Assembly (NCBI GenBank): GCA_016839555.1 | Contig: JAEOUA010000010.1 | Coordinates: 128,001-192,000 of the forward strand | Source of the DNA: Promethearchaeota archaeon | GTDB lineage: Archaea; Asgardarchaeota; Lokiarchaeia; Sigyniarchaeales; SOKP01 | DNA: 64,000 nucleotides | Reading direction: 5' to 3' | In this document: positions 1 through 11,064 of the stretch, in pieces | Layout of the letters: the number at the start of each line of letters is the position of its first letter | Numbering within the stretch: position 1 is the first letter of the stretch | The notes under the pieces: generated by a model | Seen by the model: only the letters and a program-made list of their open reading frames with translations | What the model was told of the DNA's origin: nothing | Database searches by the model: none | Translations under genes and position numbers: made by a program

Positions 1-2287
1 TAGGGATCATCCTTTTGCTATCACTGATATTAATCCCGTTTTGGCTTTTGATACCTATTCACTTAAGTTTTGTGCTGAAATTATTAAGAATTCCGGATTA
101 AATGAAGATATTTATAATGTTATTGATCAAATAAAATTACCCGAAGATTATAAAGAATCTTTCGTTCAAATAATGGATAGTACGGGCTTGACAACTGAGG
201 ATATAATAAATGAACTAAACAATTCTCGCAAAATATTTAATTCTTGGGTTAATCACATTGATGATTTAATGAATAGTTTGAAAAAAGTAAAGAAAAATAT
301 CACACCTAATATGTTGATTGATTATTGTTATGAGTTTATAGAAGAGAATAAAAATAAAGCAGATGAGTACATAGAAAAGGGGATCTATTTCATTAAGGAT
401 AATATTTTAAAAAATACGAAGAAAGGGAGTATAGAACAAAGGAATGAATTAATAGAAATTTATAATAATGAAATCGAAATTCAAGAGCTAAAAAATAAAC
501 TTCAAAAGATAGAAAATGATACGACTAAAATTTTCGGTGGAAAGCATCCTTATAATAAATTAATTTCTAAGGTGAATTCACTTCTTGCCAATCAATTAAA
601 TCAAGATAAAGAAATAATATCAGACATCATAAATAGTCTTGATTATTTGGTAGACACACAGAAAGTTGAAAATGTAAAATTTGTTTTAAATAAAATTGAT
701 AATTTTAGAAAATTATTCGAAAATAGTAATGAAGTAAAAAAATTAGAAGAGAATTTAAGTAATGTATTCGAATATGAGAGATTTAAAGAACTTTATATCA
801 AGTTAGACGCTCTTAACAATAAATTTTTAAAGTTAGAGCAATATTCTCATATAAAGGGTTTACTAAAAACTGCTTCCAGCCAAGAACCAATATTTGGAAA
901 ATCTAAGATTGAATGCAAATATAAAGCATATAATCTACTATTAGAGGCTTTAGTGGAAACATATTCAGTTATATACGAAGATTTTTTTGGTAAATTCTCT
1001 TTTGAAGATACTAAAGGTCTATTTTTTTCTGATGTAAAGGTAACTATTAATCTCGGAAAAATTTTTAATTATCAGTATAATATTGTAAAAAAAGCATTCC
1101 AGTTTAAAACGGGATTAGATAGATTAAAAGATGTTTTCGAAAATATTGAAAAATACTCAAATAAATTTGATTATATTGATTTAAACTACGCTATGAATTA
1201 TTTGAGAAAATTTAAAAAACATAATGAGTACATTGGCTCTGAATTGATAGAATATCTTTATAAGAAAGAAAATTTAAAGAAATTTTTTGATTATATTATT
1301 AACTATTTCAGTAAAAAATCGAAAATAAAAGATTTACAAGAGTCAATTAAAATATTATATACCAACACTCTAAAATATATTAAAGGATCTGGAAAAGTGC
1401 CTTTTTTTCCTAAAGATTTAAGAGTTTTGAAAGATGAACAACTCCTCATTTTACACGGTATACTAGAAAATGTTCAAAAATCTGACAAATCTTTTTATAT
1501 TAAAGGAAATCATCCTGATAAAAATCATCCATCAAATAAATACAATTTAAATAATCTCTCAGAAAAAAAAATTGAAAAATTAATAGAAAACATTAATGAG
1601 ATTGAAAGTTTTTTCAGAAAGGATATAAGTTTTCTATTTAAAAAACTTTCTTATGAGGCTGAAAATTTGAGACCACTTGAGGAAATTATTGATGAAGTTC
1701 ATGATGAGTTAAAAGAAAGCATTAAACAAGAAGTAGAAAAATATTCTTTAAGTGAATATGATTTTAAGGATATAAACAAGATCAGGATTATGGCATTATT
1801 AAATCGAACTGAATATGAATTACCTCTTGATATTAAATTATATTTAATCAATCAAGGGCGCTATAACAGAGCAACAATAGAAAACTTAATAAAAGCATCT
1901 ACAAAAATAAGCGAATTATTTAAATTAATAATAAATAGAGCCGTTTTAAAAGATCCAGTATTAAAGGCCCTTTTAAATATACAATTAAAGTTTGAAGAAA
2001 ATGGAACTGCCATTCTTCCCTACAAATTAACAATTACTTCTGAAATTACAACACAGAATAAATTTGCGATATTTGGAAAAAATTCTCTATGGGAAAATCA
2101 ACATTATCTTAAAGGATTTAAATTATCTGAGGAAGAGAGTCATAAAAAGACATATGAACAAGTTTTAAAAACTAAAGTTAATCTAAAAATATCAGAAGAA
2201 TTAAAACCCTTAATGAATATTCTTAATAAATATTCGAGAGAGATTCATACGGGATTTAACAAGGTTTATAAAAAACTATTTGAATAG
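1..2287 (+). CDS. Large hypothetical, largely helical/coiled-coil protein, 5'-truncated by the window edge
   Basis: The frame is open from position 2 (RDHPFAITDINPVLAF...), so the TTG at 41 is probably not the true start. Lys/Glu/Asn-rich; no recognisable motif. Confidence 0.7.
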   Translation, partial: RDHPFAITDINPVLAFDTYSLKFCAEIIKNSGLNEDIYNVIDQIKLPEDYKESFVQIMDSTGLTTEDIINELNNSRKIFNSWVNHIDDLMNSLKKVKKNITPNMLIDYCYEFIEENKNKADEYIEKGIYFIKDNILKNTKKGSIEQRNELIEIYNNEIEIQELKNKLQKIENDTTKIFGGKHPYNKLISKVNSLLANQLNQDKEIISDIINSLDYLVDTQKVENVKFVLNKIDNFRKLFENSNEVKKLEENLSNVFEYERFKELYIKLDALNNKFLKLEQYSHIKGLLKTASSQEPIFGKSKIECKYKAYNLLLEALVETYSVIYEDFFGKFSFEDTKGLFFSDVKVTINLGKIFNYQYNIVKKAFQFKTGLDRLKDVFENIEKYSNKFDYIDLNYAMNYLRKFKKHNEYIGSELIEYLYKKENLKKFFDYIINYFSKKSKIKDLQESIKILYTNTLKYIKGSGKVPFFPKDLRVLKDEQLLILHGILENVQKSDKSFYIKGNHPDKNHPSNKYNLNNLSEKKIEKLIENINEIESFFRKDISFLFKKLSYEAENLRPLEEIIDEVHDELKESIKQEVEKYSLSEYDFKDINKIRIMALLNRTEYELPLDIKLYLINQGRYNRATIENLIKASTKISELFKLIINRAVLKDPVLKALLNIQLKFEENGTAILPYKLTITSEITTQNKFAIFGKNSLWENQHYLKGFKLSEEESHKKTYEQVLKTKVNLKISEELKPLMNILNKYSREIHTGFNKVYKKLFE

Positions 2288-2547
2288 AAAAACTATAATT
2301 TCACTAAAAGATATTTTGATTGTTTATTTAATTCATTTTTTAATATTATACTAATAGATAAGTGGAGAGTGAAATCGCTTTCTAATTATGGATTTGGATT
2401 ATTTTATTAAAAATATTTATATAGATCTTCATAAAACTAAAAATTTAATATAAAATTCTTCTATTATTATGCAAAAAAGGATTAAATTTTTTATTATATT
2501 ATTTTAATTTCTATTAGTTATAAAAAGATTGCTTATAGTTTAAAAAG

Positions 2548-3663
2548 ATGGCAAACCGAACAATTGTAATGGATATAGGTGCATATAGCTCAAAAGTCGG
2601 ATTTGCGGGAGAAGATACCCCAACACTTGAATTTTTTACAAGAGTAGGAAAACCGAAATATCAAGAATTAGATAAAAAATTTATGAAATTAGACCAAGAA
2701 TTATATGTGGGAGACGAAATACAATCAGTGGGTTTATACAAAATTTTTAATCCCATCCAAAAAGGTAAAATCGTGGATTGGAATTATTTTAGGAAGATAA
2801 TCGATTATTGTTTTTATAATTTAAGGGTTGATCCTACTCTTGTAAATGTTCTTTTTGCCATTCACCCTCTCTTTCCTTCTAAAGATAAAAAACGATTGTT
2901 CGAATTATTTTTAGAAGAAATTCAATGCCGAGCATTTTATCCGATTTTGGAAACGATGCTTATTTTATATTCAGGGGGGTTTCAAACGGGACTAATAGTT
3001 GAAATTGGTGAAAGTAGCACAAGAATAGTTCCTATATATAAGGGCTATATAATTGATCATGCTATAGAGGTTTTAGAGATAGGTGGTAAAGTTTTAACAA
3101 AATATATGGGAGAGGTAATTGAGAACAGTACTGGGTTTAGCCCTGATACTTCTATAAGAAGGGAAATCATGCGAGCACTTAAAGAGAAGGCTTGCTTTAT
3201 ATCATTAGACTATAAAGAAGATTTACGAAGAAGTAATCAATATAAAAAGGAATATTATTTACCTGACGGTTCAACTATCACTCTAAGTAAAGAAAGGTTT
3301 ATGGTTCCCGAATTATTATTTAATCCCAAATCAGGTTTTGAGTTTAAACCATTACATGAAGCAGTATTGGATGTATTAGAGAAATGTGATGTCAACATAC
3401 GACCGAAATTGTTAAAAAAAATCTTTTTATCAGGAGGTTCCTCAATGTTTCCCAATCTGAAATCCCGCTTATATCAAGAATTAGAATTAGAATTAGCAAG
3501 AAGAAAGAAAGAAAACCTTGGCATCAAAATTATTGCCCCTCGCGAAAGAAGAAATTCTGTATGGATCGGAGGTTCTATATTAGCCATTCTTCCTGAATTT
3601 TCTGAGAAATGGATCACAAGGGCTTCTTATTTTAGAAATGGAATACCCCAAGAATTATTATAA
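2548..3663 (+). CDS. Actin-family protein (divergent Asgard actin-related protein)
   Basis: IVMDIGAYSSKVGFAGEDTP resembles actin [20 protein letters not shown]. Also YVGDE, VPIYKGY, LKEKACFISLDY, YYLPDG, ERFMVPELLF, LSGGSSMFP and NSVWIGGSILA; 371 aa. Confidence 0.95.
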   Translation: MANRTIVMDIGAYSSKVGFAGEDTPTLEFFTRVGKPKYQELDKKFMKLDQELYVGDEIQSVGLYKIFNPIQKGKIVDWNYFRKIIDYCFYNLRVDPTLVNVLFAIHPLFPSKDKKRLFELFLEEIQCRAFYPILETMLILYSGGFQTGLIVEIGESSTRIVPIYKGYIIDHAIEVLEIGGKVLTKYMGEVIENSTGFSPDTSIRREIMRALKEKACFISLDYKEDLRRSNQYKKEYYLPDGSTITLSKERFMVPELLFNPKSGFEFKPLHEAVLDVLEKCDVNIRPKLLKKIFLSGGSSMFPNLKSRLYQELELELARRKKENLGIKIIAPRERRNSVWIGGSILAILPEFSEKWITRASYFRNGIPQELL

Positions 3664-3818
3664 AACTTGACTTCTATTAATTTTGATTTAATAAAACCTA
3701 AGTTTTTATTATGCTACTAAATCATATTAAAGCCTAAGATCAAAGATAATATCGTGGTATTATATTTAATTTAATAAAACTGATTATTTAATTTTTATAA
3801 TATAAGGTTAGAATTTAT

Positions 3819-4211
3819 GTGAAAAAAATAATGGAAAATTTAGATAATATTGATTTGAATCCCAGGCAAATAATGAAAAAATATTATAAGCCTGATTATG
3901 GTCCTCTTTTTAATAAAATTAAAAATATTCGAGCTCCCGTAAAAAATAAAATTTTAGAAACACTTTTAGATGGCAAATGGCATTCAGAATTAGAGATTAT
4001 TAGAATTGCAAAAAGAGAACAACAATATATTGGATCCGTAACCATATCTACTATGATTCATTCATTAAATAAGGTTTTAAAAAACGATTATATTGAAAAG
4101 CAAGTCATTGAGGGGAAAATGTATTACAAATTATCTGACAATTATGTTGGATTAACAAGAGCCGCCTATTCAAGATATAAACATAAAACCCTTGATATTA
4201 ATGATATTTAA
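3819..4211 (+). CDS. Small basic protein, possible winged helix-turn-helix
   Basis: KILETLLDGKW...ELEIIR...IGSVTISTMIHSL...YIEKQ...YYKLS pattern. Its stop overlaps the topA stop in a TTAA palindrome. Confidence 0.55.
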   Translation: MKKIMENLDNIDLNPRQIMKKYYKPDYGPLFNKIKNIRAPVKNKILETLLDGKWHSELEIIRIAKREQQYIGSVTISTMIHSLNKVLKNDYIEKQVIEGKMYYKLSDNYVGLTRAAYSRYKHKTLDINDI

Positions 4212-6388
4212 CTTTTTTTAACGCATTTATTATTTTTTATGGTATAGTCTTTACAGGATGAACAAAAACCTTTTCCTGAAATTTTTTGATCTAGGCCTTT
4301 ATTCCAGCAATAAGGACACATGTAATATTGAAAAGACTTATTACTTTTATATGTGTAAATTTTAAATACATTGAATCCGCATTCTGAACAAAATGCATTC
4401 TTTAATATATATATTCTACCTTTATTAGGAAGATTCAGATATTTTTTTGGACATTGTTCATTTAAACACACTAAAAATCTTTTTTTATTTCTAGTAATTA
4501 TTAATTTCATTTTTGCTTGATGGCAGTGAGGACAATTTGCTGAGGTAATATCTTTATTTCTAGCATAATCAAATTGGAATTTTTTCGTATCTAAAGATGT
4601 GATTTTTGATTCAAGAATTTTTTTATTGGCTAGAAAATTATCGAATAATTTTAGAAAAATGGTTCTCATTGCTTTTATAACAGAATCTTTACTCTTTACA
4701 CCCTCTTTAATATCATTTAATAATGTTTCAATCATTTGAGTGAATTTAGGGTTAAGAAATGGCAACCACACTTTAATTAAATTTTCTATTAAAAATATCC
4801 CTAACTCAGTAATTTCATATCTTCTTTTATTCTTTATTATTAACCCCCGGTTTTCTAATGTTTGTATAATTACTGGACGAGTTGATTTCGTTCCTAAATT
4901 ATTTTTTTCCATCAGTTGTAATAAAGAAGTATCACTGTAAAATGGAAGTGGTTTTGTCTCCTTTTTATTTAAATCGATACTTTTAATTGGCAATGTATTT
5001 TTCTTTATTTCTATTAGAGGACTATATTTTTTTTTCAAAAAAGGTGCGATACTCAAAAAACCCTCAGAGATCAGAGAAACTAAGGAGGAATTAAAAATTT
5101 CATCTTTTATAGATAATTTTAGATTGACTTTAGATTCCATTGCTTTTTCCCCAAATAAAGCCAAATAATTTCGTGATAAAAGATCATATACTTTTACTTG
5201 GAGATCATTCTTTAATTGTGGATTATCTAATTCAAGACTTTCAAGAGGGGTTATTGGTGGATGATCGCCTGCATCTTTTTTACCTTTTGTGGGTTGGAAT
5301 CGATTATTTTTTAATAATTGTAAAGAATAATTACCATAACTTGAATGATTACCAAATTTCTGAATAATTTCCTGATGATTAAAGCTATTTTTATAGATAT
5401 CACTATCTGTTCTAGGGTATGTTATGATTTGATTAAGATATAAATCACTCATAATCTTTAGCGCAAGGTTAGCACTAATATGAAGCTCTCTAGTTAATAA
5501 TATGAGGGCTTTAGAGGTATTTAATGGCGTGGGCGGATTTAAAACCTTCGTCTTTTTTGCTTTATTGATAATATAAGCAATCGATTCATTTTTTATTTTA
5601 TCATAAATATCTTTTGCATGCTGATATTGATTTTGGTCGAATGGGTTTGATTGATGATATCCTTTAAATTCATACTGATCATAAGTAAATATTCCATCGA
5701 TAGTAAAATAGGGTACGGGAGAAAAGTCTTTAATTTCTTTATCTCTTAAATAGATTAAATAAAGCAAGGATGTTTGGACTCTTCCAATGGATACAAATTT
5801 TCGATTGATTTGGGTGAGTAAGGGTCTTAAGGTATTTGTAACTTCTCTCGTGGCTGAGAATCCTATTATAGCATCAATCAAGGCTCTGGCTTCTCCAGAT
5901 TCTGCCCAATTCCATTTTGGCTGTATTTGATTGTTAAATTTTTTTAAAATTTCATTTTTTTGTAAAGAGCTGAGCCACATTTGAGATATATTGATATTTT
6001 CATTTTCATTTTTTATAAATGGTAACGCATCGAATAATCCAATATTGCATCCCTCAATATCCGCATCAGTTCCAATAACACATTTATTAGATTTTTTTGC
6101 ATATTTTTTAAGGGCCTGAATATATGGATAAGCATATGATTTCGGTTTCTTTCTGATTGCTGAAGGATTAGTAATAATTTCCCTTGGATTTGATCCCGTC
6201 CAACTTTTATATTCTTTTGAATTTCTATGCTCTAAAATATGACCTCTTAAGGGAATAACATAGAGATTTTTGTTTATAACTTCGTATATTTCGATAAATT
6301 TATTTTCTTTTATTGTTCTTGTTGAACCTAATGATTCTGCAATTGCTTTTGCTGCTTTTTTTTTCTCAGCTACTATTAAGGTTGCCAT
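4208..6388 (-). CDS. topA: Type IA DNA topoisomerase with C-terminal Cys4 zinc fingers
   Basis: TOPRIM LIVAEK, GHI and GTDADIEG; SIGRVQT; active-site ITYPRTDS; DHPPITP; LGTKSTR; C-terminal CPHC/CSEC/CPYC/CSSC. Confidence 0.95.
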   Translation of the reverse strand: MATLIVAEKKKAAKAIAESLGSTRTIKENKFIEIYEVINKNLYVIPLRGHILEHRNSKEYKSWTGSNPREIITNPSAIRKKPKSYAYPYIQALKKYAKKSNKCVIGTDADIEGCNIGLFDALPFIKNENENINISQMWLSSLQKNEILKKFNNQIQPKWNWAESGEARALIDAIIGFSATREVTNTLRPLLTQINRKFVSIGRVQTSLLYLIYLRDKEIKDFSPVPYFTIDGIFTYDQYEFKGYHQSNPFDQNQYQHAKDIYDKIKNESIAYIINKAKKTKVLNPPTPLNTSKALILLTRELHISANLALKIMSDLYLNQIITYPRTDSDIYKNSFNHQEIIQKFGNHSSYGNYSLQLLKNNRFQPTKGKKDAGDHPPITPLESLELDNPQLKNDLQVKVYDLLSRNYLALFGEKAMESKVNLKLSIKDEIFNSSLVSLISEGFLSIAPFLKKKYSPLIEIKKNTLPIKSIDLNKKETKPLPFYSDTSLLQLMEKNNLGTKSTRPVIIQTLENRGLIIKNKRRYEITELGIFLIENLIKVWLPFLNPKFTQMIETLLNDIKEGVKSKDSVIKAMRTIFLKLFDNFLANKKILESKITSLDTKKFQFDYARNKDITSANCPHCHQAKMKLIITRNKKRFLVCLNEQCPKKYLNLPNKGRIYILKNAFCSECGFNVFKIYTYKSNKSFQYYMCPYCWNKGLDQKISGKGFCSSCKDYTIKNNKCVKKS

Positions 6389-6536
6389 AAAGGTAAGGAT
6401 TTGGTTTTGAATTCAAAATTTGAGATTTTCAATATAATAAATTTATTATTTATATAAAAATAATACACCTATCATAATTTCTAATTATATTAAAATAAAA
6501 AATGGGTTTGAAAAATTCCTCTATTAATTCTAATTT

Positions 6537-7598
6537 TTATTTCCAAGTTTCTTTAAAAATTCTTAACCAATTTTTATAAGCAATTTTTTCTAATGATGTT
6601 TTTGAATATCCTCTATCTTTAAGTACATCAATTAAATTTGGATAATAGGATACATCTTTAATCAACTTGGGCATTTCTGTGCCATCAAAATCGGAACCAA
6701 ATGCTATATGGTTAATGTTTATCCTTTGAACAATATAATCTATATGATCCACGATAAACGATAAACTCATATTTTTATCAGGCATAGAGGAGGGCAATAA
6801 ATTAATGGGATCAAAATATATTCCAATTAATCCATCTGAATCCCCAATTATATCAATCTCTTTATCTGTAATATTTCTCGTAGACTTACATATATTAAAA
6901 ACCCCTGTATGTGATACAATGAGAGGAGCTGTAGAAAGTTTAGCAACATCCATAAACCCTTTTTCATTTATGTGTGCCAAGTCAATCATAATTCCTAATT
7001 CATTGCATTTTTTTATAAGATTTTTACCATAATTTGTTAGTCCTGAACCAATATTTGGTGTGTGGGGAAATTTAAAAGGAACCCCATAGCCAAACTCGTT
7101 TGGTCTACTCCATACGAGTCCTAGAGCCCTCAATCCCTTATCATAATAATTTTCCAAATTTTTAAGATCTTTTCTAATTGCTTCCGCTCCTTCAAAATGT
7201 AAAACTATACTAAATTTATTTTGAGTAATACAATTTGTTATTTCATCGTAATTCCTAATTATTTTAATGATTCCATTAGCTTGCTTTTCTAAATTATAAA
7301 GATTTTGTATTATTGAATTTGTAAAATCTTTAGCATATTTATGGTCAATTGGAGGATTCATTTTTACTTCGTAACCATTATTTGTAAACTGCAAACGAGG
7401 GTTCGAAGCACTTTCTAAATTTATGTTTTGATTAGGAACATTGATTGAAAAAATACCTCCTATTAACCCTCCTTCTTGGGCCCGGATAAGATCAATATGA
7501 CCATAAGTGCTTTTATTTAAAAAATTTTGCTTTTTACTCTTTCCCTGTTTATATAGTTTGACTAGAGTATCATTGTGCCCATCAAAAATAGGAATCAT
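6537..7598 (-). CDS. Membrane dipeptidase family (peptidase M19)
   Basis: IFDGHND, HIDLIR, HFEGAE, IDLAH, VSHT, GSDFDG and NWLR motifs. Confidence 0.92.
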   Translation of the reverse strand: MIPIFDGHNDTLVKLYKQGKSKKQNFLNKSTYGHIDLIRAQEGGLIGGIFSINVPNQNINLESASNPRLQFTNNGYEVKMNPPIDHKYAKDFTNSIIQNLYNLEKQANGIIKIIRNYDEITNCITQNKFSIVLHFEGAEAIRKDLKNLENYYDKGLRALGLVWSRPNEFGYGVPFKFPHTPNIGSGLTNYGKNLIKKCNELGIMIDLAHINEKGFMDVAKLSTAPLIVSHTGVFNICKSTRNITDKEIDIIGDSDGLIGIYFDPINLLPSSMPDKNMSLSFIVDHIDYIVQRININHIAFGSDFDGTEMPKLIKDVSYYPNLIDVLKDRGYSKTSLEKIAYKNWLRIFKETWK

Positions 7599-7870
7599 TT
7601 GTTTAATACCTTTAAATTATTAACTTTTTTATATTTTTGAAAGTAAATTTTTATCATATTAATTATAAGCGTTTCTGCTTTACAAATTTTTTAGTGTTAA
7701 GTTAAATGATTTATGCAATAATTTATTAAACAAAAATAGTATCATCTAATCATTTAGGAGTAAAATTTTAGTAAATATAAATAGAATGAAAAAAGCCCGT
7801 ATGAAAATATTAGTAGAATTTTTTCAATTTTACTTTTAATACGGTTTTTAAATTGCAATAACTTCTACAC

Positions 7871-9424
7871 TTAAAGATCAATTTCTTTAATTTCTCTTTT
7901 TAGGATGGTAAATATAAATGTAGTACCTACACCTAAAATACTTTCAAATTTTATTTCCCCCCCAAATAGCTCCACTAATCTTTTTGTTAAAGGCAATCCT
8001 AATCCCGTTCCATTGGTAGAACGTACGTAAGTGGAATCAATTCTTTTAAATTCTTTAAAAACTAAGTCAAAATCTTCTCTTGCGATTCCTATTCCCGTAT
8101 CTTTTACTTTAAAAATCCATTGATCATGTTTTTCCTTTATTATTAATATAATTGTCCCTTCCATAGTAAATTTAATAGCATTATTTAAGAGGTTATAGAG
8201 AATTTGTTTTAATCTAATAGGATCAACGAAAATAAGTTTTTCATTTTCTACCCCTTTGAATTTAATTTTTAAATTTTTTTTTCTATATAATGGTTTAAGA
8301 GATGAGAGAATTTGAGTTATTATTGTGTTTAATGAACATTTTTGATAATTTAATATAGTCTTCCCTGCTTCAATTTTAGAAATATCAAGAATTTGTTTTA
8401 TCATATCAAATTGATGGTGAGCTGAGGATTTAATATCTTTAATAAATTCCAATTGTTTTTCATTTAATTTTCCGTACGCTCCCTCTAAGAGTAAATCTGT
8501 AAAACCTATTATTGCATTTAATGGGGTTCTCAATTCATGCGACATAGTTGCCATAAATTCTGTTTTAAACTGAGAAGATTTTAAGATTTGATCTAAATAA
8601 AGCTTTTGCTCATTGAGAAGTTTATTCAATCTTTTTGTTCTATTTTCAACTTCTTGTTCTAATTTTTCCTTAAATCGTTTCTCTAGGATTTCTACTTTCT
8701 TTTTTTCAGTTATATCTTGAAAAATAAATTGAATTAAGATATTTTCTCCCGCTTTTACCAAAGATGCTTGAATATTTACCCATATATTATCTTTATTTTT
8801 AGTTCTAATTTTAAGTTCAACAGGTTTGGGAAATTTTCCCTTAAATGAAGCTTTAAAAATATTTTTATAGAAAGGTTTAATTTCTATTGGAAATAACTCT
8901 TTTAATTTAAAAATAGATCTGTTAATTATATCCTTTTTATTAAAACCTAATAATCTTTGTGTTGTTATATTAGCATCAATTACAATTCCTTTAAAATTAA
9001 GAATTAAAATTGCATTCGGAGAATTTTCAAACAAAGTTTTATATCTTTCTTCAGCAATTCTTCTTTTAGTAATATCCTGTAAAACTAAAAAATATCTCAT
9101 TTTACCCATATTATCATAGTAAGATTTGCCTGTATATTCAAATGAAATCCATTTATTATTAATATCTTTGATTTTAATAGTTTTTCTTTTATTTTCAGGT
9201 TTAAATCTATTTTTCAATTGATTAATAACTTGTTCCTTATTTTCTTCATCAATATAATTAATCAAGGAATTTCCTAATAATTGATTCTTATTATAACCTA
9301 ATTTTTCATATAAAACATTCTTATTTATATATTCAATTTTGAATTGATCATTGAGATTAAATACTAAATCATTAATATTATTCAAAATAGTTTTATATTG
9401 TTTTAAATTGTTAGATGATGACAT
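7871..9424 (-). CDS. Soluble PAS-PAS sensor histidine kinase
   Basis: Two PAS repeats ending QDIT; H-box MSHELRTPLNAI; N-box NLLNNAIKF; G1 DTGIGI; G2 GTGLGL. Confidence 0.95.
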   Translation of the reverse strand: MSSSNNLKQYKTILNNINDLVFNLNDQFKIEYINKNVLYEKLGYNKNQLLGNSLINYIDEENKEQVINQLKNRFKPENKRKTIKIKDINNKWISFEYTGKSYYDNMGKMRYFLVLQDITKRRIAEERYKTLFENSPNAILILNFKGIVIDANITTQRLLGFNKKDIINRSIFKLKELFPIEIKPFYKNIFKASFKGKFPKPVELKIRTKNKDNIWVNIQASLVKAGENILIQFIFQDITEKKKVEILEKRFKEKLEQEVENRTKRLNKLLNEQKLYLDQILKSSQFKTEFMATMSHELRTPLNAIIGFTDLLLEGAYGKLNEKQLEFIKDIKSSAHHQFDMIKQILDISKIEAGKTILNYQKCSLNTIITQILSSLKPLYRKKNLKIKFKGVENEKLIFVDPIRLKQILYNLLNNAIKFTMEGTIILIIKEKHDQWIFKVKDTGIGIAREDFDLVFKEFKRIDSTYVRSTNGTGLGLPLTKRLVELFGGEIKFESILGVGTTFIFTILKREIKEIDL

Positions 9425-9741
9425 GGAGTTTATTTTTTTATTCTAATATTATTATTTAAATTTCACTTTGATAATACTTGATATTATTTGTTTATTTGAT
9501 AATCTATTTAATAGTAAAATTTTTCTTTATAAAGTTTAGTTATTCAAAATTCGGATATAAATGGAATATCTTCTAAATTAGAAAGAAAGAGAAAATAATA
9601 AGTTCAAATTTATTTCTAATTTGTAAGAATGCAATATATTCTAGATTTCAGAAATTGACTTAGTAGTATTAGACTTAAATTATAATAAACACAGTATTAA
9701 GAGAAAGGTAAAAATTATTCCTAATTTTTTTTTTCCAATTA

Positions 9742-10986
9742 TTAATAGTTAAATTGCTTTAATCGATCAACTGTAGTATACAATCGTTTGCCTCCTCTGC
9801 GGAGATAATCCATTGCCTCTTCTATTCCCTCAATAGTCAAATTATACATAGGGATAAGGCTGGAAATTATCCTTCTGGTCCAAGGTTGCCATTCGAATCT
9901 AATAAGTTCTGGATTAAGCCAGACGGTATTATTCTTAAAATGATCTTTAATTTCTCTTAAATAATAGATGCCCGGCATTTCATTTCGATGATAATAGTAT
10001 ATTGATCCATATCGTTCGGTAAGTTCCCATGAGGCCATGGCAGCATCGCCAACTATTACAATTTTGTAATTCTTATCGTATTTTTTAAGAAATTCATCAA
10101 AATCGATGGCTTCTTCGGGATTTCTCTGAGCATTTTCATAAAGAGTTTCATAAATACAATTATGAAAATAGTAATATTTAAATTTCTTCCAATGGGACAT
10201 GTTATTGGCTGCAGAAAAGAGCTTATTTACTAAATGAGCATATGGCGTCATCGAGCCACCCACATCCATTAATAAAAGCAGCTTTACATTATTTTTTCTT
10301 CGCTTTTCAAATACAATTTCAATATCTCCCCCGTTTTTTGCAGTTTTATCAATGGTTTTATCAATATTAAGCTCATCTAACTTACCGATTTCTTCCAATT
10401 TTCGTAGCCGCTTAAGAGCTACTTTAATTTGTCTCGTATCTAATACAATATCCTTGCGATAATCTCGAAATATCCTTTTTTGGGCAATTTGTACTGCCAT
10501 GCGCATTCCTGAGCCCCCACCTAGTCTCATTCCCATCGGATTGCGTCCTGAATGCCCGAATTGGGCTTCACCTCCAGTACCTATCCATTGATTCCCAAAA
10601 TTATGCTCTTCATCTTGTTTTTGCATTAGCTCCTCAAAATGTTGTTGAAGTTCTTCTATGTTAAAATTCATTTGCAAAAATTCTTGTAGTTCTTTTCGAT
10701 ATTGTGGATCAATTTCATCTAAATCTAATGGCTTTTCTAACCAATCCCAGATTTGTTGCTTAATATCATCCGGAAATTTTAATTGGGCATCCTTAAAAAA
10801 ATTCGCAAATGCTATATCATATACATCAAATTGATGCTCATTTTTGCAGAAAATCGAACGAGAAATATAATAAAATTGTATCATATTGCTAATTAAACCT
10901 TTATCGAGCGCTTCCATTAGGGTCATGTATTCTATAAGGCTTACAGGTAAGCGCTCTTTAAGGTAGTAAAAGAATTCAACAAACAA
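9742..10986 (-). CDS. VWA-domain (CoxE-like) protein, MoxR partner
   Basis: MIDAS LLMDVGGSM, WIGTGG, YFHNCIYE, VGDAAM and WLNP motifs. Lies directly downstream of the MoxR gene; TTG start. Confidence 0.9.
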   Translation of the reverse strand: MFVEFFYYLKERLPVSLIEYMTLMEALDKGLISNMIQFYYISRSIFCKNEHQFDVYDIAFANFFKDAQLKFPDDIKQQIWDWLEKPLDLDEIDPQYRKELQEFLQMNFNIEELQQHFEELMQKQDEEHNFGNQWIGTGGEAQFGHSGRNPMGMRLGGGSGMRMAVQIAQKRIFRDYRKDIVLDTRQIKVALKRLRKLEEIGKLDELNIDKTIDKTAKNGGDIEIVFEKRRKNNVKLLLLMDVGGSMTPYAHLVNKLFSAANNMSHWKKFKYYYFHNCIYETLYENAQRNPEEAIDFDEFLKKYDKNYKIVIVGDAAMASWELTERYGSIYYYHRNEMPGIYYLREIKDHFKNNTVWLNPELIRFEWQPWTRRIISSLIPMYNLTIEGIEEAMDYLRRGGKRLYTTVDRLKQFNY

Positions 10987-11064
10987 CTTTTTATTTTCAC
11001 ATCCCCATTTTCGCTTTATTTCTAATTATAGAAATAGGTTTTTAATTATTACATCAATAATAAA

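Noticed and set aside
4208-6388. Possible BHB intron in topA or other conserved genes in the window
   Set aside because: The ORFs are continuous with motifs at normal spacing, and I saw no insertion by eye. Short in-frame introns cannot be fully excluded without alignments.
9575-9622. Imperfect inverted repeat aaattagaaagaaa / tttatttctaattt upstream of the histidine kinase
   Set aside because: Low-complexity AT-rich sequence that could arise by chance; no supporting evidence.
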